Shown: one piece after another, positions 31,173 to 45,200 of the stretch
Numbering within the stretch: the first letter of the stretch is position 1
Layout of the letters: each line of letters begins with the position of its first letter
Source of the DNA: the human T2T-CHM13v2.0 reference genome, Homo sapiens
Strand: one strand, 5' to 3'
Length of the DNA stretch: 64,000 nucleotides
NCBI RefSeq assembly: GCF_009914755.1
Contig: NC_060930.1
Position numbers and translations under genes: made by a program
The notes under the pieces: generated by a model
What the model was told of the DNA's origin: nothing
Databases searched by the model: none
Seen by the model: only the letters and a program-made list of their open reading frames with translations

Positions 31173-32504
31173 AAGAAGTGACATTTTTAATTAAAGGAAG
31201 GAATACTATATTAAAAATGGTGAATGCGTTTTTATACTTTATAAAACACTGTGGAAAACAGTTCCTCAGCAACATTTTAGTTTATAATCAAGTTTAAAAT
31301 GAATTTCATAAAGAACCTCCATAAGACTGAACAAAAAATAATAAATACATAAAATGAGGTTTATATTAATATTGATGAACTTCCCCTTTTTCCAATTTTC
31401 TGGCTTATATGTCTGTCTCAGAAAAGGGACAATAAAGAATCAAGAACATGAATTGTTCAAACAAGCAGTTGAGTGGTGCAGGGTGGAAAGGACCCAAGTT
31501 GATTCATTTTTGCATTACACATATACACACACAAGATTTTTTTAATTCATTGTATGACTTTCCAGATTTTCAACTAATCATTCTCTTGCAGTAGGTGAAC
31601 ATACAGGAAATCTCTGTGTTGCTTTTGTATGATTTGAAATACAAAATTTGTAAATAAATTCACAATGTATTTGACATAAAACTGCCATCTTCCTATTTAT
31701 AGCAATAGATGAGAAGAAGCGTTTGGGTGTGTGTGAAACTCTAAGCAGTTTGTCAGAGCAAGGCATCCTTTTGTAGAGCAATTTTCACACCTGAGAAGAA
31801 CACCAAGTTCAATGGCTATTTCAGTGACAGCCAGGGGTAGGGTAGAAAAGGCAGCAAGCAGGAAAACAAGAGGGATTGTTGTAACTCACTAAGTTAATTC
31901 TCTGAATTTCACCCACCGGGTAGAGGCAAGAAAGGAGCCTACTATTCTAAATTTTCTCATAGCCCATTCTGCACCATATTCCTCTGGCCTACTTAAGCTA
32001 GAGTGTAGGCCGTTAATATATGGCAGGATGGCCCCTTTACTGGCTTTCTGCATGCATGTGCAGCATGGACGCAATGCCGATGTCACCTGTGTGCTTCGAG
32101 CTTCTGTTGCACATCATGCTGTTCAGAGGACAGGGGCTGGAAATTGAAAAGAAGGCCATAAAGCAGCAAGATGTCAATATTATGACTCCATAGAGCCTGC
32201 TAGCCATACGGCTCTCTTAGCACCCAGAATTCACACATGTGTGCTCACACTAGCCCATTGTTTCCATGGGTCCTCATTATTTCACAGGGTTTTCCTTCGA
32301 TGTGTGTGTAATGACAGAAGCTTCAGTTTTCCACAACCTTTCAAATGTATCAAATGCATTATAGAAACTGTTGAGAAATCTTAATTATAGAAGCTAGTGC
32401 TTATTTGTTTTTGTTTTTAAAAATTGCAGCTAAGTAGCAATAAAAATGTTGTAAGTAGATAACTCAAGTGAACCAGAATAGAAGACCATGAAGAGAGGCC
32501 TGGG

Positions 32505-32680
32505 ATCATGGAAACTTTGATGGTTAGAGCTAAAAAGGAGCTAAATATTATCTAAGCAATGTTACCTTTTCATGGCCACAAACCATGAAATTTAAAGAAG
32601 ACAAAAGATTTGCCCAAGATATTCAGGATCATGAGGTGTAGTATGGATGAGACTAGAACTTAGACCATGGTACTCCTCCC
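32505..32680 (-). mobile_element. Old MIR fragment
   Basis: 'gatttgcccaagatattcag...gagactagaacttagacc'. Confidence 0.5.
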
Positions 32681-33350
32681 CCAGTTCCATGTCTAACCTA
32701 GCAGAAACATATGGATACTAAAGGCTAATGCTATTTTGAAGGAAGAAATAGCAGGCAATAACATTGTGGAGGCTGCTGTTATAGTATCCATCTCATGGTT
32801 ATGCCACATGTGGATGATCTTTCACCATGGCATAGGAAGTAGGCTTAAGTCTTCTAACATTAATGTTTCAACAACCCCATATTCATTTTAAATAATATTA
32901 AGTGATAGTAAAGTTCCAAGAGTATTAGAAAATTTTAAAAATATCAATAATTATAAGAGAATAACTCATATTTGTGTATGTAATTCATTCAGACCATGAT
33001 ATTTGATATTTGTAATTGTATTAATAAACATTACCCATGTAATATATAAATATATTTTTTTGACAAAATTGTTCCAGTTTGATGCATTTACCTCATTACT
33101 CTTTTTAAAGGAAATAAGAGTATATAAGCATACATAACAATATTAGATAATATATAAAGATTACAAGAAATCCACTATTCCATATCTAATTTCATACATT
33201 TGGATTAAATAACAATAAATCATGTCTTACTTGCAAGAGAAGATCCTATACACTTTAACTGTCTCTTTAAGTTTGCAAAATTCATACTGATCTAAAGTTC
33301 CTTTGAACACCAATATGATAGATACATTCATATAGAATATAGAGAGTTTT

Positions 33351-33641
33351 GGCTGGGCGCAGTGGCTCACACCTGTAATCCCAGCACTTTGGGAGGCTGA
33401 GGCAGGTGGATCACGAGGTCAGGAGATCGAGACCATCCTGGCTAACTTGGTGAAACTCCCATCTCTACTAAAAATACAAAAAATTAGCCGGGCGTGGTGG
33501 CGGGCGCCTGTAGTCCCAGCTACTGAGGCAGGAGAATGGCATGAATCTGGGAGGTGGAGCTTGCAGTGAGCCAGAGATTGTGCCACTGCACTCCCGCCTG
33601 GGTGATAGAGTGAGACTCCTTCTCAAAAAAAAAAAAAGAAA
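33351..33641 (+). mobile_element. AluY
   Basis: Diagnostics gagatcgagaccatcctggctaac and gcttgcagtgagc. TSD agaatatagagagtttt / agaataaagagagtatt. Confidence 0.95.
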
Positions 33642-33656
33642 AGAATAAAGAGAGTA

Positions 33657-34157
33657 TTTTTCCAGCTTTACTGAGGTATGGTTGACAAATTAAAATTATA
33701 TCTATTTAAGGTATACAATGTGGTAATTTGATATGCATGTACATTTGAAATAATTACTGCAATCAAGCTAATTAGCACATTTATCCCCAGATAGTTATTG
33801 TGTGTGTGTGTGTGTCTGTGTGTGTGTATGTTTGTGTGGTGAGAGTATTTAAGATATATTTTCAGCAAATTTAAGCTATATATTAACTATGGTTAATAAT
33901 GTAAATGTATCATGCTGTACATTCGATCTCCAGAATTTATTCATTTGGCATAACTGATAGTTTATACTGTTTGACCAACCTCTTCCCTTTTCCCTTAAGC
34001 CTCAGCCCCTGGTAACCACGATTCTACTGTTTCTGAGTTGGACTATTTTAGATTCCACATAAAAATGACATCATGCAGTATTTGTCTTTCTGTGTTTGGT
34101 TTATTTCGTTTAGTATGTCTTCCAAGTTTATTCTTATTGTCACAAATGCCAGGATTT
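33657..34157 (-). mobile_element. L1MA8/9-like 3' end with internal (TG)n
   Basis: 'ccagctttactgaggtat...atttaaggtatacaatgtg...gattccacata...atcatgcagtatttgtctttctgtg'. Confidence 0.85.
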
Positions 34158-35129
34158 ACTACAAAGACAAGTTTTAGATGTATAAATCCTACTTTATTAG
34201 GGCTTCCAAATGTTGGAACTGGATATATAACATATATTAAATTTTTGATGTGCCTTGGTTTCCAAATGCAGCTCCAAAGGGCTGCATTTTCATAATTCAA
34301 AATAATGCAATTTGGAAGCTTCCACGAACTCTTTGATATTATTTGTTCAAGAATAACTACCAAACAGCCTTCAGTTTCAGAGGTTAACATTTTTTTTCTT
34401 ATTTCTATTTCTATAAAAACTTAAGAACAAATCTCCACTTACATTTACTACCAGTCATACTCCTTGTTCATCTGGGAGGCATGGAACATAACAGAGCATA
34501 TGCTCAATTTCATGGGAGAGAGAAAATTGTAAATACGGCAATCACACTATAAAAATGCAGCTAAAAAATCTTTTTCTGTAGTTTAACTTTACAAAAAGAC
34601 TAGCTATTTGGGTGGTGTTAAGGAGGTTATTTTATTTTGTGTCTTCTAAAGAAAACACCCAGTAATTTGTTCTGAGTAATTATTTTCCTCTTGGTCTACC
34701 CAGCTAAAACACAAGATACAGAGTTTTCTTTTGCAATGTATATATCTCCAATTTTTAGGATACAAATTATTTTGGATTATGTGTATATGTGTCTGTAATT
34801 ATTTTTAATGCCTCGGTTAAACAAGCTGAGATTGATTTAGGAAAACAAATGCTGAATAAGGATAACAACTATTCAGTTGACAACATGCACTCAAGAGACA
34901 CTTTCCGAGCTGTCTACACCTCACCAGGCAGGGAATTTTCCAGGCCTTATGAAACAATTGTAGCGTGTGGGCCTCATAATCACTGCAGCACAGCTGCTCA
35001 GCCACCATAATCTGATATTTTTCTTCCTCCTTGGTTTGGGCTTTTTGCTCTAAATTTTCACTAGAAGTTTAAATGTTTATAAGTAAAATCAGACCTCACA
35101 AGTTTATTGTCCCTTGATCTGCCCCCACA

Positions 35130-35910
35130 CACTAACAAAGCCTTTACATTCAGTCACTGATTCTTGCTGGTTTTCTGTCCTTAAAATTTCCCACTCCCCT
35201 TTCCTTCATCTCTGTTATACTAGCTCAGCTAACACCTGCATTCTTTCTCAAAGAGAACAAGTGTAACTCGGCATTACCTGCCTCAAACTCATCGGCGTCC
35301 TATCCATTCTCCTACTGCTACCACAGAATTACATTCCTACAGTGCTAATTAAGGACAAGTCTCCCCTGCTTGAAATTCATCACTTTCTCTTTCTCTTTGT
35401 AAATTAAATTCTCACTCTTCAGTGTGGCTTTCAGGTTTCTTCAGGATCCCCACGCCACGCCACCCACCCCTGCCCATCCTATTTCTCTTGCTTCTCCTCT
35501 TGCCACTTAACTTCCTCCAGATCTCCAGTCCATCTGATCGACTTAGGAGTCCTCAAATGCATCATGCTCTTCCACACATATTTCTCCCTTCTCTGCTTTT
35601 TCTGTGTGCCTTTCTTTTAGCCTGGTTAACTTAATCTAAATTAAGTCTCCTTAATTCTCTAAACTTCGATGGGAGTAAGAAGTCTCTGCATGTGTCCCCA
35701 AACCACTCTGTGATTAACTCATATCTAGTCAATCTTTAGTATTAAATTCTATTTACTTGTTCTATGTATTTTTTGTTTCTCTCTATAGACACTGAATTCA
35801 GAAACTGAGTCTTTTTTTTTTTTTGCCTTTTCTTTTCATTTCTGAATCTCTAATATTTAGCAAACTGCCTAGTATATAGTAACTATTCAGTAAGGGCTTA
35901 TTAAGTAAAT
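35130..35910 (+). mobile_element. Degenerate L2 3' region
   Basis: Pyrimidine-rich L2 body with terminus 'ctgcctagtatatagtaactattcagtaagggcttatt'. Confidence 0.5.
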
Positions 35911-37714
35911 GGCTATAAAACCTGTTAATAAAGCAAAGCTAGTTTTATCAGAACACACTGCAATTAGCAATAATACCACCTTGGCAGAATCTTGGCAATG
36001 TCTCAGGAGAGGGTAGTCAGTGGAGAATATGTGAGGTTTTAGAATCTGAGATCAAGAGATTTAATGAGACTCTTTCAATTTAGGAAACACTGGAATTGAG
36101 AACAAATAGTGACGTTATAGATTAATGCAAATAGTGAGGCAAGAGTCTCGAATAAAGTCATGTAATGTGAACTCCTGTTTGGTAGGTGAGCTGTTGTCCT
36201 GGTAACTAGATGGTTTTCTCAAATAAATTTATTTTCAGGAATTAACTGAAACAAAAGTAAAATTGTTTATTGGTTTACAGAATGGCCTCATTCTTAGTCC
36301 TAATAGCTATGTCATGTTGATGCAGGTGGTCACAGTTCCTAGTTTTGTCATCCCTTCACCCCTAAAGCTACATCTTCCTATTTTAAGCTGACTCTTAAAC
36401 TCTTCCCAGGTACGAATAGAAATAGCACCACTGAATACAACCCTTTCTGATATGCAAATTTGGTTACTACCAGAAATTTCATACATGCTAGAGAGAATTG
36501 TTTTCCTCCCTTCACAGAGCAGATACAAATGTCAGGTCACAAAGTCAAGTGTGCAAGAAGTGCAATTTCTTTTCTTTTTCTACATCTGAGTTTATTTGTA
36601 TTTTTTGAGCTCCTTGTAAAATTGTTGACAAGAAGCAAATCTCAGTCAATTTAGAAACTCACTGCCTTCTTGCCCCTCCTTTAATTATATATTTGTTTTA
36701 AGGGCCTTTGCGAGTGCCTCAGGAAAGCCATGTGTTGGTGTTGAATGCATTTAGTCCTGGGTCCAGTGGTCATTTGCACTCATTGGCATCCAGTAAGGTC
36801 TTTTCCTTGTCATCTGGTCTCCAACCATCAGTCTATATAAATGGCAGCTCTTCCCTGTTCATCCTATCTGTAAGGACATTTCAGGCCTGCATATTCTCTG
36901 TGCCATACTAGACCCCAAGCTAAGTCTGCAGAAGAAAACCTTCCACTACACACTTTCCACTCTGAAATTCATGAGACTTTTTTGTAGCACCATCTCTGCT
37001 GTATTCATCCTGAAAACCACACCAACATTTCTTTTGCTACACGTGTTCTGAGAACCGAATGACTGCTAAACAAAACAAAACAAGCTAGCTCTGATTATCC
37101 TTCCAATTCTGTTATACCTGCCACACACTGAATGCTTTTTTCTTGCTGCATCATTCCTTCTTAGAGCCAGTAAACCACAATGCCCTCACTGAGGGCTGAG
37201 GTGTGAAGAGTCATGGAATAATAAGAAATCTTGATAACCAAAAAATCATCTCCTCATGTGTCAAAATATTACCCCCAGTGAGTTTTGCAATATCTGGTTC
37301 TCTTTAAGAGGTCCACAGTCAGGTTAGTTCCTTCCAGCTTCTTCCTCGACCTCACCACTGCTGTCTTGCCCCTTCCTTGCAACCCCTGAAACTTCAGCAA
37401 GCTTGCCAGTGAGTTATAAGTGTTATAGTACCGTGAAGTTACAGTCTTCTAATTTTTTGTTTCATTGAATTTCAGAATACAACTTCTTAACTTCCAAAAG
37501 CTGCAAAAAGCTTTTATACTTAAACCAAATTGCTTCACTTATTATAGGTTATATCCTAGTGTCATTTTCAGTCTGTATGTGTTCAATAGTTTTAATTTGA
37601 GAGAAAAATAAGACATGGCTGAAGTTGCCTTGAGATTTCTGGGAAAAAAATAGCTCTAAAAAATATAGTCCAAAAATAGATAAATGCCCAAAACAATGGC
37701 TTCTGCTTAGTATA

Positions 37715-37890
37715 ACTAAATGGCTCTTATCATGGTCCCTGATCAGCACCAATAGCATCATTAGGAAATTTTCAGAAGTTCAAATTTTGACCACCATCTC
37801 AAATCTATTGATCAGAAACTTTGCATCCCAGCAATTTGTGTTTTTTAACAATTCTAAATGATTCTAGATGCTAAAGTTTGAGAACCATTG
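37715..37890. mobile_element. MER5A
   Basis: 'tggtccctgatcagcaccaatagcatc...tcagaaactttg...gctaaagtttgagaaccattg'. Confidence 0.7.
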
Positions 37891-38258
37891 ATATAGCTAC
37901 TTAAATAATCTAAAATTAGACTCTCAGAATCAGTAAAGCAAAAACTAACTAAAAGTTATTTCACTGAAGGATCATTATTGCTTGTAGAACTTTACTTCCA
38001 ATGCCAATTCCCTACAGATTTCCTATTTGTGTGCTTTGCAGATGCAGAAAGGCGTTTTTAAAGATTGAATTTAGGTTTTTGTCTTTCTTAGGTTTGTATT
38101 GCTTCTGCTCATCTTTTCTTCAGAAAGAATGGGAATTTTGCCTAAACTAACCTGATGATACGAGAGAGTAACCTGGGTGCTTCAGTTCTTCAATTCTGAG
38201 ATTAAAATGAGTAAATGGCCTTCTAATAATGGCACAACACATTCTGACAGGGCTAACT

Positions 38259-38450
38259 CAGAGCTTCTCAGAGGGTAGGTATCAGTCAACAGCTCCATGC
38301 ATCAGAATCACTTGAGACAACTGGTAAACATACTAATTTCCTTACTCCAGAGGAAGTCTACCAAATCAAAGTTTAAAGAGGAAGCTACAGAACCTTCATC
38401 ATGAACACTGACTTACTGTAATTCTCACACACACTAAAGTTGGAAAATGT
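38259..38450. mobile_element. MER5B-like fragment
   Basis: 'tgcatcagaatcacttgaga...attctcacacacactaaagttggaaa'. Confidence 0.55.
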
Positions 38451-39712
38451 TAGGCCAGAGAGACATTTGAGTCTTTAGACATTTGTAGCCACCCTACAAA
38501 ACAACACTTAAAAGACTATTTGATGCAAAACTTGACAAGTTAATTTGCATTATTGCCTCACACAGAAAATATTTGCACTTCCATGTGACTTTAAATATAT
38601 ATATTTTTTCTTATCCTGATATTTCACCTTCAAAGAAATGGCAAGCAGTGTCTCACTAGAGTCAAGTGTTTAAAAGTGAAAAGTATGATTCAAGATTACA
38701 AAGATGTAGGAGTTGAAACAACTGCTACCCACAGATTTTTGTTCACAGGTACATAATGTGTGCACAGAGGTATTTTTAAATACATCAGACTATATCTGTT
38801 TTTGACATACTCAGCAACAACTGCTTTATAGACCTCTACCTGTGAACATTGAGGTTAGACATTCAGAGCCTTGATTACTTAAATGCATGAATTTAATTAG
38901 GTGATAAAAAAGAAACAACAAAAAAAGATGTGGTGTTTGAAGATTTTGAAAACTGTAAATGTCTGATGCTTGACCTAATTATACTCAGTCCTAGGATAAA
39001 ATATAAATATCTATTAAGTGAGGGTCCCATATAAATGTAAGTGCTTTAATCCTACAGTGCCATCATGAGATTGTTGGACACCTAGCCCATTCAATGCATA
39101 TCAGCCTAGATACCTCAGTTTTATAAATATCTCTGAAAATACAAATATTAAAAATAAAATGGTTTAGATATAAAATATCCAAAGTCAATTAACAAGTACT
39201 TCACCATATTTACCAGATAATTCAGAATATAGATATGTAGATGTATTTTTGCTTATTGACTTATTAACTACTATTATGGGAACAATGGTATTATATAGAG
39301 AGGAACAGAGCTATTTATTCAGGATCTTTTATCTGCCCCTAAACCACATGGTTGCATCCTTCTAAGGCTCTTATCCTGTCTACCAATCTGTGTCCTTTAA
39401 GTGTAGTATGGAGTATATTACTTATAAAATTCCTGACAATTTTGGTATTAAACTTACCATTTTCTTTCTGGGGGTATATGTGCATGCACATGTGCATGAG
39501 TGTCTGCATGTGACATTGTGAGTGTGTGTGTGTGTGTGTGTAGTTGTCTCTCCTGCTTTACTAGATTGACAGTTCTGTTGAAAGCAACCCTGCCTTACTG
39601 CAGCAACTAGCTAAGCTAAAAGCCAAATTTGAACTACACATATGAGAGAACGATGGCTCTCATATTCTTGGCCTTGTGATTTTTAAAAAGGTACAGAATA
39701 TCAAGAATTAAG

Positions 39713-39905
39713 TTTTATTTAGAACTTTCTGTGTGCCTGGCACAGTTCTAAGATCTTTCAGATATTGTTCCATTTAAACTTCACACAGGGATCATACAAT
39801 TCTATTAACCCCTTTATCCAGATGAGGAAATTTAAGCTTTAAGAGCTAATTAGTGTAGAGTTGGAATATATCCTGGGCTGTCTAACTCAGGCCCTGGACT
39901 GCTTC
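39713..39905 (-). mobile_element. MIR
   Basis: 'tgtgtgcctggcacagttctaag...cccctttatccagatgaggaaatttaagc...gctgtctaactc'. Confidence 0.75.
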
Positions 39906-42102
39906 CACCCACTGGGCTTTCCTCTCACTCCTCCAGCAGACGGTGGGGGTTTGGATGACAGCATTTCACATATAAGTGATTCTGATATTCAGCAAGTTTT
40001 GAAAACAACTAAAAGCAATTTTAAATGAGGTCTTGAAAGGGTCTCCTCATATCCATGTGCTTTCCTGGATTTTTAAAAGGATTAACATTTTTTTCACTTC
40101 GTTTTTTCTCTTACTTGTACCCAACTAGATTTGGTCATAAAATAATAAGTCTGAGACTAGAAACCTGTCCACAAGGCCAAAAAAATGAAAGAGAATATAA
40201 GGAGGCCCCAAGGAGGATCTAGTTATGTTTTCTGCAAGAACAGTCTCCCAAATGACAGCTACATAATTCAACTATTCTTTCTGAAAACACATGATAGAAC
40301 TAAATAGAAACTCCCACCTGAGGAGCTGATTGGAAAGAATAGAGATTAATATATGATATATACTGAATACTTATATTGTATCCAAAAACACATATTTTAC
40401 TGCTTTTATGTGAATTATTTAAGCCTTTCTGAACAAAAGATTCCTCATCTATACATTGAAAATAACATTTCCACTTCAAAAATTGTTGTCAAGACTAAAT
40501 GTATCCTGAGGTACTACTATATTCTATCTGAGTTATTCATCAATAGTACACTTGAAGGATAAATTTTTTTAAAAAATCCTGCCTATTCATAAATCTTTTC
40601 AAAATCTTTTTGTGGGCTATTGATACTCATGCCACATTGTTTCAGAGAAAGAAAATATATAGAAGGATTTGCAATTGGGGAAGATTCAAAATAAATTTAT
40701 CTTGGCACATTGTGTGCATTGTAAATCAAATCAAGATAAAGCAAGATTTCAGCATAACAGCCTCTTCATTCTAATTTTTTTCATTTCGGCATTTGGTCAG
40801 GTATCTGTTAACATTACAAAATGCAATTGTGACTCAAAAGCAGCTAGTGATAATTCATTGTACTTCTTCCACCGGCTCACAGTGGACCATTTATCATGAT
40901 GATTAGCCGTTCCAGGTACTTTCAGGAACTATAACAGTTGTCTGAGCCTTCATTCAGAATTCGAGTTCATTCCACCATCTAATACCACTAAATGTCACTG
41001 CATAAGAGGAAACATTATGCTCAACTATTGCATTGAAAAGTAAGAAAAATGATAAATGTTTCCATAGCTACAAGTTTGAAAAAAAACAGAACATGCTGAG
41101 ATGTAAACCAGAACAAATGTGGCAGACAGATGCATTGAACATCCTAAATTTTTTATCCTAAAAGCAAGTAAGTTAAAGTACAACTAGCTAATAGATAGTC
41201 AGACACCATTCCCTTTCCTAGTGAATTTGAGGAAGTGTATAAAAGGTGGGCACAGAAGGGTGAAATAATGCACTTGGCCACACACAATATCTATTAAAAA
41301 AAAATGTTTGCAGCAGTAAATTCTCTAAAATATTGCCAAAGGATACATTGACCAGAAAGAGACCACCAAAGAGGAGAAGTCACAGTGTCACCCACTTTAG
41401 TTTGATTATGGATATTTTGACGTCTCTAGCACTCTACAGACATCATTAACCTGAGTAGCTTCTCCTTAGCAGAAGCTACCAGATCACTTCTGCCTTGCTA
41501 CTTTCAGAATCTGGTTTTTCTTCGCTAGTACTAACCCACTGAGAGCTCATCAAGTACAAAAGTAAGGCACAGTACCACTCTGGGATGGTTCTGCCCACAG
41601 AATACCCTGTAATAGCTCATACAGCCCTCTAATAATGGGAAGAGATATGGATGGATTGTAGGATGTGTAGACTGTATGAATGCATTGTAGGCAAGCTTAG
41701 AGTAGGTGACAGAGTCCTAGGAGCTCAATTTGCATTTCTCTATAACATACTTACTATGGGATATGTTAGTTTTTCTTTGAAATCTTTTTTCTTTTTTTTC
41801 TTTTGATATAATTAAGGAAATTTCAGGATTACGTTTTGCATATCTTTTATTTTTTTAACTGTCCCAAACTGTTTGCATATTTCAAGGTCAGCCAACTCTG
41901 ATGGAGATTGCCAAACAAGGTACATTTTTACTATCTTACAATTTTGAGTTTTTTTTAATTTCACCAATCCCAACACTCTGAAGAAACTACACACACACAC
42001 AAAATAAAATAATGAAGAAGTACCTTTAAAATGAGTATATTTGCTGTTTTCAAAGAGATAGAGGATATAATACAAATTCAAAACGAGTATAAAGAATTAA
42101 GA

Positions 42103-42638
42103 TCATTTGACCCAGCCATCCCATTACTGGGTATATACCCAAAGGAGTATAAATCATGCTGCTATAAAGACACATGCACACGTATGTTTATTGCGGCACT
42201 ATTCACAATAGCAAAGACTTGGAACTAACCCAAATGTCCATCAATCATAGACTGGATTAAGAAAATATGGCACATATATACCATGGAATACTATGCAGCC
42301 ATAAAAAAGGATGAATTCACGTCCTTTGTAGGGACATGGATGAAGCTGGTTACCATCATTCTGAGCAAACTATTGCAAGGACAGAAAACCAAACACCTGA
42401 TGTTCTCACTCATAGGTGGGAATTGAACAATGAGAACACTTGGACACAGGGTGGGGAATATCGCACACTGGGGCCTGTCGTGGGTTTGTGGTGGGGAAGG
42501 ATAGCATTAGGAGATATACCTAATGTAAATGATGAGTTAATGGGTGCAGCACACCAACATGGCACATGTATACATATGTAACAAAGCTGCACGTTGTGCA
42601 CATGTACCCTAGAACTTAAAGTATAATAATAATAAAAA
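42103..42638 (+). mobile_element. 5'-truncated L1PA (L1PA4/5-like, ~540 bp) inserted in an old ORF1-like remnant
   Basis: L1PA 3' end with polyA. TSD aaagaattaaga (42091-42102) / aaggaattaaga (42639-42650). Confidence 0.95.
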
Positions 42639-43356
42639 AAGGAATTAAGAAACAAGAGCAAATGCTTCTGTAAAGGAATCAAATTGAAAATTTAGAAATA
42701 AAAAATAATAACTGCTGAAGTAAAATCTCAATAGAGGACATTTATGTGTAATAATATTGCAAATTTGATGTTTAGCAAAATTCTTCCTGATTCAGAGCAC
42801 AAAAATTCTGGATGATGTTTGTAAAATTAAAAAAATAATAAAGCATGGCTGAACAATTTGGCAATAAAGAACACAACTCAAAACCAAAATTTAGGTTCAT
42901 AGGGATTGGCAAACCCTGGATTTAGAATTTAATCTGATAAACTGTTATTAGGTAGAGCCAGGGTTTTAACTGAACGTTCAAATATAGGGAACAGCAGACA
43001 AAGCCTGGGTTTAAATAAGATGAAAGGAGATCAGAAATACATGAAATAAAGCCAGAAGCTTCAAACTACTAAAATCTCTTGGTAAACTTTGGGGAAAACA
43101 TATGTGCTCTAAGAGAGGGTTGCATACTAACTTGTTTCAGCAATACAATTAAGCTAAGAGAAGTATTTTTTTATCTATTAAAAATTTCTAGTCACAAGAC
43201 CAACCTCTATGGGATTTGAAAAATGAAAATATAAAGTGGTCTGGCATTGCTAATGCTCATATATGATGAAGAGAAAGAAAGCAAATTATCTTGAGTTAAG
43301 CACTTTAAACACAGGCCTCTAATATTTCCTTCAAGATTCTCAGAAAATGAGTACAT

Positions 43357-43357
<1 letters not shown>

Positions 43358-43401
<44 letters not shown>
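43358..43401. repeat. (CA)22 perfect microsatellite
   Basis: Read directly. Confidence 0.97.
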
Positions 43402-43405
<4 letters not shown>

Positions 43406-44426
43406 AAGGGGGAAAATGCCATATTAAGAGTCTACGAACAGTAAAACCCAAAATGAGAGCAACTCAGACTGAAAATAGTAAAATTATCTGAGAAGCAATA
43501 AGTCTTATAGACAACATACTGTATATAAAATACATACTATGCTTAAGGCCGTAAAAGAAAATATTAAATGTGTGTTTAAAGAAAAAGAGGCTATTAAAAA
43601 AAACTCAAATAGAGCTTTTAGATTCATAAAATGTGACAATTAACAATTCAACAGGCATATTATTAAGCAGATTTAAAAGAGATTTAATCTCTCATGTGAT
43701 GGGTGAAAAATATCTTTTTAAAGGCAGTTTAAAAAGCTTTGATAAACAAGAACACATATTTGAAGAAATTACACAGAATGAAGACCAGGTAGATGGCATA
43801 ATAGAAAATATGGAAGTGTTATTACAAGCCATGAAACACACAGCGAGAAGACCTGATATATGCAAAATCTGAGTGTCAGGGAGACTATTACATCAAAAAG
43901 AGGCAATATTTGAAAAATATGGCATAATACTTTATAAGAGTGATAAAAGACAGAAAGCCCAGTGGATGTCAATACAATAAATAAAAGAAAACCATGCCTA
44001 GATGCATAACAAAGACTATTTTAAAAATCGATCAGAAAGAAAAGGCAGATAATTACAAATAAATTACAAATAGACCAACAGCCAATTTAGCAGCAGCAAG
44101 AACAGAAGTCAGAAGAATGATGATTAATATTTTCTAAGTGCTAAAGGAAAATAGATGTTAAACAGAAGGGTGTACCTAACAAAATTACATAGCAAGAGAA
44201 AAGTTTCAATAAGGACTTCACAGATAGATGCAATGAATAAAATTTATCCCAAACCAGGACTTACAAAGTACATGCAGCCATAGCAGAATGAAGGAAACTG
44301 TCTCCAGACGGAAAATCTGAGATCCAATAAATAATGATGAGAAAAACAAAGGAGAAAATATTTGCTATACCTATAAATAAAGTCTTTATAAAAGAACAAC
44401 AATTATTTTATGAAGTTTAAAATGAC

Positions 44427-44716
44427 GGCAGAGCGCAGTGGCTCATGCCTGCAATCCAGCACTTTGGGAGGCCAGAGGTGGGCAACTTGCCTGGCCAACA
44501 TGGTGAAAACCCATCTCTACCAAAAATGCAAGAATAGTCGGGTGTGGTCATGCATTTCTGTAATCCCAGCTACTCAGGAGGCTGAGGCATGAGAATTGCT
44601 GGAATCAGGGAGGCGGAGGTTGCAGTAAGCCTAGATAGTGCCACTGCACTCCAGCTTGGGCTAAAGAGTGAGACTTTGTCTCAAGATAAAAAATAATAAT
44701 AATAAATAAAATAAAA
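44427..44716 (+). mobile_element. AluS/Jb with ~30-bp deletion in the left arm (B box lost)
   Basis: 'gaggtgggcaacttgcctggccaacatgg' lacks the gaggtcaggagttcgagacc segment. A-rich tail. Confidence 0.9.
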
Positions 44717-45200
44717 TAAAATGAGGGCAGAGCCAAAATATAAAGTATAATAATGCAAGTTGCTATGGGTTGATCTTAGACCAACTGTTCTAAGGTCTCT
44801 GTATTATTGTTTGTGAGTGTGAGTAGATTGGCTAAGCTATTGATTGATTCCTAGTTTGCTGTATTAAATATGTACATTACAATTTCAAGAGTTGAGTTGG
44901 AGTGTTCTAATTGAATTGAAATAAATGTTTACCTTCTAAACCAGTAGATGGAGGGCAAATGAGAATAGTAAACAAACATGTAAATGCAATATATAAAATT
45001 AAAGTCAGGTAAGAAAAGAGAAAGAAGTGTGGCAAAAGTGAGACACACTGAAAGTACAAAGTATGATAATGAAGACTAATACATTAGTGATTGTAACAAA
45101 TGTCATGTTACAAAAAGATGCCAAACTGTATTGTTAATCTTACTATACTCTTTTACAAGAGTCACTAATAAAAATAAGGGCATAAAACGTTGAAAGAAAA

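Noticed and set aside
36125-36459. Two octamer motifs ATGCAAAT, plus a TATA-like 'ctatataaat' near 36833
   Set aside because: Expected by chance in AT-rich DNA; no other promoter evidence.
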